Source: an uncultured Elusimicrobiales bacterium (GTDB lineage: Bacteria; Elusimicrobiota; Elusimicrobia; Elusimicrobiales; Elusimicrobiaceae). From it: a stretch of 64,000 nucleotides of DNA. Numbering within the stretch: the stretch's first letter is position 1; the number at the start of each line of letters is the position of its first letter. A program made the position numbers and the translations under genes. Shown piece after piece: positions 37,422 through 44,846 of the stretch. Location: assembly GCA_910576915.1 (NCBI GenBank), contig CAJTJT010000001.1, forward strand, positions 148,634 through 212,633. Direction: 5' to 3'. Below the pieces are notes generated by a model, which saw only the letters and a list, made by a program, of their open reading frames with translations, had not been told where the DNA came from and did not search any database.

Positions 37422-38516
37422 ATGCCTTCAGCCAAAAAAACGACGAAAACCTCCGCCCCCAAACCGGATTTGGCGGAAATTGAAGTTTTGTTAGAAGATA
37501 ACCGCCCCTCGGACGCGCTTAAAAAATTAACCGCCGCGCGCACGAAAAACGCTTCCGCCTGGTTTTTAACCGGCGAAGCGCAGCGGCAGCTCGGTTCGTT
37601 TGAAGATGCCCTTAAAAGCTACGCCAAGGCGTTGGGCGTGGCCGAAGAAGCCGAAACGCGCATGGACGTACTTTTAGCTATGGCCGCCTGCTACCGCACG
37701 CTCGGGCACTCTTCCGCCGCGTACGAACTGGCCGAAGACGCATTAAAAATGGCGCAGGAACTGGAATACGACGAATTTATCGTGCGCGCCATGCAGGAAA
37801 TGGGGATGGCGCTGCGCGCATGGGGACGTTTGGAAGAAGCCCTCGATTTATTGGACGCCGTTTTATCCGCCTATACCCAGCAGAAAGATTACGCCGGCAT
37901 GAGTTTTATTTGTTGGGCCAAAGGCGGCATTTTCCGTCTGCAGGGCCATTTTGAAGAAGGCATTGCCCAGTTTAAAAAAGCCATTACCCTGGCCCAAAAA
38001 GCGGGGGACGACATCAGCGTGGCCTACGGACACTGCGGGCTGGCCGGTATCAGCCGCATTTGCGGGAAAATCGACGACTGCGTGAAAAATTACCGGTTGG
38101 CGGAAAAAATCTTCCGCAAAAGCGAAGATTTGTTCGGCAAAGCCTATACCAACTGCGGGATGGCCAATGGCTTGCGCCAGCAGGGCAAGTACGATGTTGC
38201 GCTGCGTCATTATAACGTGGCCGACAAATTATATTCCGCCATTAACGATACGGTGGATCTCGGGTTTGTGAAATGGGGCCGCGCCGATATTTTAAAACGC
38301 AAAAATAAAATGGCCGCCGCGCTGAAAGATTTGGAAGAAGCCAAAGCCTTATTTGATAATTCCGACGAAACCCGCGGGCAGATTTTAACCAAACTGTCCT
38401 TGGCGCAGGTGCTGTACGCGATGGGCCGCACGGACGAAGCTGAGGAACTTTACGACGCAGGCGTCAAACAGGCGCGCGCCGAAGGTTTGCATACGTATTT
38501 GGAAAGCTATACTTGA
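37422..38516 (+). CDS. Tetratricopeptide-repeat protein
   Basis: Repeated A..Y..AL...G....A motifs throughout. Confidence 0.7.
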   Translation: MPSAKKTTKTSAPKPDLAEIEVLLEDNRPSDALKKLTAARTKNASAWFLTGEAQRQLGSFEDALKSYAKALGVAEEAETRMDVLLAMAACYRTLGHSSAAYELAEDALKMAQELEYDEFIVRAMQEMGMALRAWGRLEEALDLLDAVLSAYTQQKDYAGMSFICWAKGGIFRLQGHFEEGIAQFKKAITLAQKAGDDISVAYGHCGLAGISRICGKIDDCVKNYRLAEKIFRKSEDLFGKAYTNCGMANGLRQQGKYDVALRHYNVADKLYSAINDTVDLGFVKWGRADILKRKNKMAAALKDLEEAKALFDNSDETRGQILTKLSLAQVLYAMGRTDEAEELYDAGVKQARAEGLHTYLESYT

Positions 38517-38542
38517 TAAACCTTATAAAGTAAAAATATACA

Positions 38543-38579
38543 ACGGATAAGCATTTTTGCTTATCCGTTTTTTTTTTTT
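38543..38579 (+). terminator. Terminator after the TPR gene
   Basis: ACGGATAAGCA/TGCTTATCCGT stem plus a T12 run. Confidence 0.8.
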
Positions 38580-38584
38580 AATAA

Positions 38585-38835
38585 GTCATCCCGTTTATGT
38601 CTTTACGAAATGACAGCTTTGTTTAGTTGTTGCCGTTTATGCAGGCCTTAACCCGTCTATAAAATCCGTTCCGTACGGAGAAAGCATTTTATTTGTCCGA
38701 GCCATAGGCGAGTTGTAAAATGCGCCGTACGGAACTGGATTTTATGGGTGTGGCCTGCGAGTTTTTTGCTTACTTTTTGTCGATACAAAAAGTAAGGTTG
38801 TCTTTTGCTTCTTTTCGAAAGAAAAAGAAGGAATC
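38585..38835. repeat. Composite island of modular palindromic repeats
   Basis: Modules: GTCAT..ATGAC 38585-38614; a 38-nt block at 38626-38663; ATAAAATCCGTTCCGTACGG...CCGTACGGAACTGGATTTTAT; TACTTTTTGTCGATACAAAAAGTA; CTTCTTTTCGAAAGAAAAAGAAG. The same modules occur in inverted order at 58541-58835. Confidence 0.8.
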
Positions 38836-38845
38836 TATATAGGGC

Positions 38846-38873
38846 TTGATTTGTTTTTTTTTTTTGATACAGT
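38846..38873 (+). promoter_or_regulatory. Poly-T-spacer promoter (TTGATT-TG-T12-GA-TACAGT)
   Basis: T12 at 38854-38865. The -10 region GATACAGTGGGG is identical to the copy at 28116. Confidence 0.65.
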
Positions 38874-38959
38874 GGGGATTATTACGTCCATATACCCCCG
38901 TACTGTCTTGCTTTGAAAGGGTTTTCTAAGGGGCTGTTTGGACGCATAAGGAGCCCATT

Positions 38960-40081
38960 ATGAAGAAACTTATCCCGCTGTTACTATTTTTATCAGCCTG
39001 CAGTATTTCTTATGCTGAAAGCATGAAGTTTATCACGGTGTTATCCAGCCCCGTCGGAACGTTTAACAAGCTGGAAGCGGTGGACCCTACTTCTCCCGCC
39101 TACGGTAAGACCGTAAACTTTTGTACGAATATCGGTACGCAAGGTGTGGTGGAGTTAAAAGGCACCAAACCTGCGGCATTAAGCACGGTAGTATTATCCA
39201 ATAATACAACGCTTGGCAAAACGGACGAAGGGAAGTTTTCGTTAAATAACATTACGCTTAAACAAGGCGGAAGTATCAAGGGCGGACGGCTGTTTGGGAA
39301 TACTTTTACCGTAAATAACGCGGCATCCGGCAAGGCCAGTAATTTATACGGCAATACGCTTACGGTAGCGGGGGCGAAAACGAAGACTTTGGATGTAAAC
39401 AGCGGAGCGTCGAAAATTAACGGCCCCGGAGATTCTACGGGAAAGGAAGAGATGGTATGGAGCAACCAGTATCAGGATGACGACGCGTGCAAATCGGGTT
39501 CTGCCTGTGCCAAACAGTATTTATTGAAAGAGAAAGGGGCGGCTCCAGTCGGCTGCCCGGACGGACAGTATGAAAGTAACGGCGTTTGTTGCCCAGTTGG
39601 ACAATTGTCTAAAGATGGAAAAACTTGTGTATATGCTTATAAGCCGGAACGGGTAAATGTAGGGATTTTGGTCGCTTGTCATTCGTCCGCGTTTGAGGAT
39701 TTGGGGGCCGCCGGAGCATCTGTGTCAATTATAGATAATAATACTTGCCGCCGTCCATATTCTGTCCCGTTAAGTTACTTCGTCGGAGGGAAACTTCCTA
39801 GTGTGGCTGCAGGCGGAGGATGCGAAGCGCATCATGCATATTATAATCGCGGAAAATGGTGGGAAGGTGGTGAACACCAGGGGTATAGTCTTGGGCGGTG
39901 CAATACCTCTATAAGCGACCAAGAATTTTGCGATTCCCGTTGCACGGGTGCAACGTGCACGGCTAAGTGTATTATCAGCGAAACATATCCGGATACTTGC
40001 GGACGCTATAAATGCAGCAACGGCAGACATTGTGATAACTCTTCGGGAAGCGGCGTTATGCTGCGCTGTGTGAGGGAATAA
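38960..40081 (+). CDS. Secreted cysteine-rich protein, function unknown
   Basis: Signal/lipobox-like MKKLIPLLLFLSACS. A Gly/Asn/Thr-rich N-terminal half and about 28 Cys in the C-terminal half. AGGAG RBS. Confidence 0.7.
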   Translation: MKKLIPLLLFLSACSISYAESMKFITVLSSPVGTFNKLEAVDPTSPAYGKTVNFCTNIGTQGVVELKGTKPAALSTVVLSNNTTLGKTDEGKFSLNNITLKQGGSIKGGRLFGNTFTVNNAASGKASNLYGNTLTVAGAKTKTLDVNSGASKINGPGDSTGKEEMVWSNQYQDDDACKSGSACAKQYLLKEKGAAPVGCPDGQYESNGVCCPVGQLSKDGKTCVYAYKPERVNVGILVACHSSAFEDLGAAGASVSIIDNNTCRRPYSVPLSYFVGGKLPSVAAGGGCEAHHAYYNRGKWWEGGEHQGYSLGRCNTSISDQEFCDSRCTGATCTAKCIISETYPDTCGRYKCSNGRHCDNSSGSGVMLRCVRE

Positions 40082-40101
40082 GAAATAAATTTCAGCAAAT
40101 C

Positions 40102-40137
40102 AAACGCCCCGGTTCTTAGTGAAGCCGGGGCGTTTTA
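40102..40137. terminator. Bidirectional terminator
   Basis: AACGCCCCGG/CCGGGGCGTT stem followed by TTTT. Confidence 0.75.
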
Positions 40138-40154
40138 ATGTAAAACCAAAAGCG

Positions 40155-40532
40155 TTAGCTGTTGTGTTTTTCGGTAGAGTGCTGGCAGTTGACGCAGTAG
40201 CGCGCAAAAGGCAGCGCTTTAATGCGTTTTTTGGGAATCGGCTGGCGGCAGTATTCGCACGTGCCGTAAATGCCTTTGTCAATTTTGCGCAGCGCCGCTT
40301 CGATTTGTTCAATCGTGTTGTGGGCGTTGCCGGAAAGTTCAAATAAAATTTCTTTGTCCAAGCTGCGGGAAGCGTCGTCAATCGGGTCGCCCACTTCGGC
40401 TTCGGGCATATCCATGTTCTTTTTGTCTTTTAAGCGCGCGGCGGCTTCTTCTTTCTGCTGGAGCAAATGTTCTTTAATTTCTTTTAGTTCCGCCGCGGTG
40501 AGCGCTTCTTTGTTAGCTTTTTTGATAACCAT
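40155..40532 (-). CDS. dksA: DksA/TraR-family C4 zinc-finger regulator
   Basis: CEYCRQPI...ARYCVNCQ plus an N-terminal coiled coil. Confidence 0.85.
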   Translation of the reverse strand: MVIKKANKEALTAAELKEIKEHLLQQKEEAAARLKDKKNMDMPEAEVGDPIDDASRSLDKEILFELSGNAHNTIEQIEAALRKIDKGIYGTCEYCRQPIPKKRIKALPFARYCVNCQHSTEKHNS

Positions 40533-40701
40533 GTAAAAATCCTCTGGGTCGGTAAAATCGGCGCGCAGGCGCCTTGCGCCAAACGCTGTTTGATTAGTTT
40601 AGCAAAGTACGATTTCTTTTTCAACCCCCGCCAATCGGGACAACCGCCTTTTGAATTGTTATAATAAAATGAGATTTGTTTTCTTGGAGAAACATCACTT
40701 T

Positions 40702-42483
40702 ATGAAAAATATCCTTACCCGTCCGATCAGTGAACTGATTACAGAGAACCCGCTGGTTGCAAATTACAAAAAAATGTGGCCGTTTATTAAGCCTTATTGG
40801 TTCCGCGCTTTGTTAGGGCTTGTTCTGGCTTTGCCCGTGGGTGCGTTGGACTCCGTCATCGCGCTGTTTATGAAGTCGTTTACGGATGACGTGCTGGTAG
40901 ACAAAGACGCGCTGATGGCCGCGTATATCCCGGTTCTTATTGTAGGTTTTGTGCTGGTGCAGAGTGTTTTAACGTACTTGGTAAAGTATTTAAATACGTG
41001 GGTGGGCAGCAAAATTACGCTTTCCGTACGTAAAAAACTGTTTAAAAAATTGCTGACGATGCACAGCGGGTATTTTGATACCACCGATTCCGGCTATGTG
41101 CTCATGCGTTATAACAACGACGCGGACACCGCCTGTAACGGCCTTATTAAAAACCTGCGCATGATTGTTACGCGCGTTTTCTCTTCCATCACGCTGATTG
41201 GGGTGCTGCTGTATAACTCCTGGCAGCTTACGTTTATCGCCGTCGGCGCGTTTGCCGTAGCCGGCGGGCTGATTTTTGTCGTGCGCCGCAAATTGGAAGA
41301 GCTGGTTCGCAATACGATTGTGGTCGGCTCCGTGGCTATGCGCGCTTATAACGAAACGTTTAACGGTAACCGTACCGTTGCCGCCTATAATCTGCAGGAA
41401 GACCAGGAACGCCGCTTTGACCGCCTGATGGACAAAGTGTTCGACTTAAACATGGGCATGGTGAAGCGCACGGGATGGCTGTCGCCCGTGATGCACTTTA
41501 TCGTGTCGCTCGGCCTGGCCCTCGTGTTCTGGCAGAGCAGCTCCATGATTGTTAAAGGCACCATTACCAGCGGTAACTTTACGTCGTTCGTGGCCGCTTT
41601 GCTGATGTTGTATACGCCCGTTAAAAGCATGGGGGACAATTACGTCGATATCAAGCAGGCGTTTTTATCCATTGACCGTATTTTTGAGATTTTCTCCCTT
41701 AAAACCGCGATTGAAGATAAAAAAGACTCCCGCACGCTTCCCGGCGTTAAAAAAGACATCCGCTTCGAAAAAGTGTGGTTTTCGTACAAGCCGGATGTGT
41801 TTGTGCTGAAGGATTTTAATCTGACCGTTCCCGTAGGAAGCACGGTGGCGCTGGTGGGGAATTCCGGCGGCGGGAAGTCTACCGTCGTCAGCTTGCTGCC
41901 GCGCTTTTACGATGTAACCAAAGGACGCGTTTTAATTGACGGGGAAAACATCAAAGACTTTACGTTAAAATCGCTGCGCGATAATATTGCCGTGGTGTTC
42001 CAGGATAACTTTTTGTTCTCGGGCACGCTGCGCGATAACATCCTAATCGGCCGTCCGGGCGCAACGGAAGAAGATTTGAAAGAAGCCGTTAAAAACGCCC
42101 ATTTGCAGGATTTTATATCTACGCTTAAAGACGGGCTGGATACCGAAATCGGCGAGCGCGGTATGACGCTTTCCGGCGGTCAGCGTCAGCGTGTGGCGAT
42201 TGCCCGCGCGTTTATCCGCGATGCGGATGTGGTTATTTTGGACGAAGCCACCAGCGCGCTGGATAACAAGTCCGAAGCTGTGGTGCAAAAGGCGCTTGAT
42301 AACCTGATGAAGAACCGCACGGTATTTGTGATTGCGCACCGTCTGTCTACGGTTATCAATGCCGATAAAATCGTGGTGCTTAACGAAGGCCGCGTGGTGG
42401 AAGAAGGCACGCATGAAGAACTGCTGAAAATTGAGAACGGCGCGTATGCGGCGTTGTACAACGCGCAGTTTAAAAAGAAATAA
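40702..42483 (+). CDS. ABC transporter, fused permease/ATPase (MsbA-like lipid exporter)
   Basis: Six-TM domain. Walker A GNSGGGKST, signature LSGGQRQR, Walker B VVILDEATSALD. The start is uncertain (40651, 40669 or 40702). Confidence 0.85.
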   Translation: MKNILTRPISELITENPLVANYKKMWPFIKPYWFRALLGLVLALPVGALDSVIALFMKSFTDDVLVDKDALMAAYIPVLIVGFVLVQSVLTYLVKYLNTWVGSKITLSVRKKLFKKLLTMHSGYFDTTDSGYVLMRYNNDADTACNGLIKNLRMIVTRVFSSITLIGVLLYNSWQLTFIAVGAFAVAGGLIFVVRRKLEELVRNTIVVGSVAMRAYNETFNGNRTVAAYNLQEDQERRFDRLMDKVFDLNMGMVKRTGWLSPVMHFIVSLGLALVFWQSSSMIVKGTITSGNFTSFVAALLMLYTPVKSMGDNYVDIKQAFLSIDRIFEIFSLKTAIEDKKDSRTLPGVKKDIRFEKVWFSYKPDVFVLKDFNLTVPVGSTVALVGNSGGGKSTVVSLLPRFYDVTKGRVLIDGENIKDFTLKSLRDNIAVVFQDNFLFSGTLRDNILIGRPGATEEDLKEAVKNAHLQDFISTLKDGLDTEIGERGMTLSGGQRQRVAIARAFIRDADVVILDEATSALDNKSEAVVQKALDNLMKNRTVFVIAHRLSTVINADKIVVLNEGRVVEEGTHEELLKIENGAYAALYNAQFKKK

Positions 42484-42508
42484 AAGAAATACGGTTTAGA
42501 GCAGGTAA

Positions 42509-42542
42509 ACGGGTAAGAGTAGTTTTCTTACCCGTTTTTTTA
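42509..42542 (+). terminator. Terminator after the ABC transporter
   Basis: ACGGGTAAGA/TCTTACCCGT stem plus a T7 run. Confidence 0.75.
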
Positions 42543-42605
42543 TATAGAAATTTCTGCCTGTGCCGAGCCTGGCCTTTCGGCTGGTAAGGGGTGGTGCGCT
42601 AGGGC

Positions 42606-42632
42606 TTGATTTGTTTTTTTTTTTGATAACAT
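42606..42632 (+). promoter_or_regulatory. Poly-T-spacer promoter (TTGATT-TG-T11-GA-TAACAT)
   Basis: T11 at 42614-42624. A partial GGTAAGGGG upstream module sits at about 42583. Confidence 0.65.
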
Positions 42633-42741
42633 AGGGGAAAGTTTAAAGTTCGGCCTTTTTTGCTGTTTGCGGAAGGGTATTTTTTTTATATAAAAATGAC
42701 ACAAGTAAAGCAATTTGCCGAACCATAAAAAGGAGATTTCT

Positions 42742-43203
42742 ATGAAAGGGTTTACGCTTATTGAGTTATTGGTTGTGGTTTTAATTATTGGAATTTTATC
42801 AGCTGTTGCGTTACCGCAATATCAAAAGGCCGTGGCAAAAGCTCGTTATACGGAAGCCAAACAAACGCTTAAAAGTTTGATGGAAGCTACCCAGCTATAT
42901 ATCTTAGCCAATGGAGATGTCCCGTCGGATATTAATGATTTGGACATTACTCCTCCGTCTTCCAATCATTTTACATACAGTTTTTATAGGTGTATAAATT
43001 CAGCCGGGCAGATGGGGTGCAACTTGCGGGCCAGACCGACGAAGGAAGGGTGGCCGGATTTGCATACGGAAACTGAAAAATACGATTTGCAGGCGCCGTT
43101 GTACAACAGATACGTGTTGGCCTTTTGGGAGTTTGATAAGTGTGGTCAGTGGGGGGCAACGAAAGAATTAATGCCCTGGGGCGAGTATAAGTGTGCATTG
43201 TGA
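42742..43203 (+). CDS. Type IV pilin-like protein
   Basis: MKGFTLIELLVVVLIIGILSAVALPQYQKA with an AAGGAG RBS. The ORF-track start at 42715 is judged too early. Confidence 0.9.
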   Translation: MKGFTLIELLVVVLIIGILSAVALPQYQKAVAKARYTEAKQTLKSLMEATQLYILANGDVPSDINDLDITPPSSNHFTYSFYRCINSAGQMGCNLRARPTKEGWPDLHTETEKYDLQAPLYNRYVLAFWEFDKCGQWGATKELMPWGEYKCAL

Positions 43204-43207
43204 GTAT

Positions 43208-43604
43208 TAAAAAAGCGTCCTCCGCATTTATTCAACGCGGAGGACTATTTAGTTTCTGCCATTGCTATCTCTCATATCCCGCAGGCGGGTAAGCTACAGT
43301 TAAGAATTTTGTTGTGCTGCACGCTGCCTGAAAGCCGGTTGCCCCGGCCCACGTCTTCAGGTGCTCCCAGCCGTCCTCAGACGGAGGGCCCAAAGCTTGT
43401 GAACCGTCAGTACCGCAACCCAACCAACCTGCCGCGCCGTACTTAAACAAAGAACTCTTATTTTCTGCCGCCCTCCGCACTTCGCGCCGCGTTCTTCACG
43501 CCTGCGTGCCGCACGGAGCGGAACAGTTTCACCCAAACACGCCGTATCCTTGCGGAAGTCCGGCGCGCCCGGGGGCGTTTTCTGTACGTCCTCCCCACCG
43601 GGGT
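43208..43604 (-). ncRNA. Candidate ~400-nt non-coding RNA of unknown family
   Basis: The region is bounded by a minus-strand promoter (43611-43638) and a hairpin at 43217-43245 whose U-run (43208-43216) is on the minus strand. There is no SD-preceded ORF. Several short GC stems are capped by UGAG/GCAA/GAAG loops when read on the minus strand. Confidence 0.4.
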
Positions 43605-43610
43605 ATGGAT

Positions 43611-43638
43611 AGTATAATGGTTTTTTAACTAAAATCAA
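43611..43638 (-). promoter_or_regulatory. Sigma70-type promoter TTGATT-N16-TATACT (minus strand)
   Basis: -35 is the complement of 43633-43638 and -10 is the complement of 43611-43616. It lies just downstream of the repressor stop codon. Confidence 0.5.
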
Positions 43639-43653
43639 GGGGTATTCTGTTTT

Positions 43654-44325
43654 TTAGAATACGTTGGTTATTTTCTGCACGGCCGTGCCCAACGGCGTAA
43701 TGGCGGCGGGCGGAAGCCGTTTGTCTAATGTTCCGTCGGGAAAGAACAGCAATATTTGGCCGTTTTCCGTCCGTACACGCTTTAATTGCAGCGTTCCTTC
43801 GGCCTGCAAAAGCATGATTTGCCCTTCTTCCAAAACAGCGGAAGGGCGGATAAGGTATAAATCTTCGCGTCCGCGTGCGCGGGCATAAGCGTCCGCCACC
43901 AGGCATTTGCCTCCTTGGGCGGCGCGCCGGGGGAATGTCCACCATTCGGCCACGTCGCTTTCTTCGTACTGCGGAAACCGGGCGGATACGGTGTGTAAAA
44001 GCGGGATGGAAACGCTGTTGCCTTCCGTGGCTAAAATGTCAGCACTGTAAGCGTTTGAAGCGTCTTGCGCGTCGCGCAAAGCGGCGGTGCGGGGCGCGGT
44101 TTCCGGGTAGGTGGTAAGCGGCGGAAACAGGCGCATGACGTCGAACGGGTCCATCGCAAATAATTGCGCCATACGGGCCAGGTATCCTTTGGAGGGGCGG
44201 CGTTTGCCGGTTGTCCATAAGGCGACGGTGGCGGTAGACACTTGCAAAATTTTTGCTAACTTTGCTTGCGCTCCGCGCAGGATTCCTCCGTTCCATCTTT
44301 CAAGTTGTTTTTCAAATTTGTTCAT
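43654..44325 (-). CDS. Phage CI-like repressor (XRE HTH + S24-like C-terminal domain)
   Basis: HTH AKLAKILQVSTATVALWTTGKRRPS. C-terminal LexA/CI-like beta domain (IPLLHTVSA...LIRPSAVLEEGQIMLL...LKRV). No GDSM-type serine motif was seen. The start was trimmed to MNKFEK. Confidence 0.65.
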   Translation of the reverse strand: MNKFEKQLERWNGGILRGAQAKLAKILQVSTATVALWTTGKRRPSKGYLARMAQLFAMDPFDVMRLFPPLTTYPETAPRTAALRDAQDASNAYSADILATEGNSVSIPLLHTVSARFPQYEESDVAEWWTFPRRAAQGGKCLVADAYARARGREDLYLIRPSAVLEEGQIMLLQAEGTLQLKRVRTENGQILLFFPDGTLDKRLPPAAITPLGTAVQKITNVF

Positions 44326-44374
44326 AGAATATATATCCCGTATTGGAATTTGTCCCGCCAGGGCCAAAAAATAC

Positions 44375-44404
44375 TTGACAAACGCTAACAATACTTACTA
44401 TACT
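44375..44404 (+). promoter_or_regulatory. Strong promoter P0: TTGACA-N18-TATACT, divergent from the repressor gene
   Basis: Perfect -35. The TTGACAAA core is shared with P1 and P2. Confidence 0.6.
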
Positions 44405-44514
44405 AGCTATGTGAAGAGCGGTATCGGCCGCTGTTCATCTTACCGGCGTACTGGGGTATCTTCTGCTTTACAGCTCAGAAAACCAAACACGGAGGGGTTT
44501 ATCCTTTAAACCTG

Positions 44515-44534
44515 CGCCGCGCCTGCGGCGTTTT
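44515..44534 (+). terminator. Candidate attenuator/terminator ~110 nt downstream of P0
   Basis: CGCCGC-GCCT-GCGGCG hairpin followed by TTTT. Confidence 0.4.
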
Positions 44535-44846
44535 GGCTCCGTTGCGCCCAAAACTGCATAATTCTGCCAGGAACTATGTAGTTTATTGTAGCAAATAAAA
44601 AGCCGTTTGGGTTAGCAAAGTTAACGCTTTGGCGCGATTCTCCCACGTGAAAAGGGTTTTTGAACACGCAAGCGTACTTTGCGCCCAACGGCCGGAGCAA
44701 ATATGCGGTTAATGGCTGCGGCAGATATCCTGTTAACTTTGCTGGCCCTTGGATTTGGGTGCGAGTTATATATTTTTTGGCGTAAATAAATTGAAAACAG
44801 GCCGGAACTCCGTTTGTGCGGGGAATAAATAATCTATAATATATAA

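Noticed and set aside
43208-43604. RNase P RNA, tmRNA, SRP or 6S RNA
   Set aside because: For RNase P, AAGTCCGG-like and CCGGCTT-like strings exist, but they are on opposite strands or in the wrong order for P4. There is no GGUUCGA T-loop or tag ORF for tmRNA. There is no SRP domain IV motif. The region is therefore kept only as an unassigned RNA candidate.
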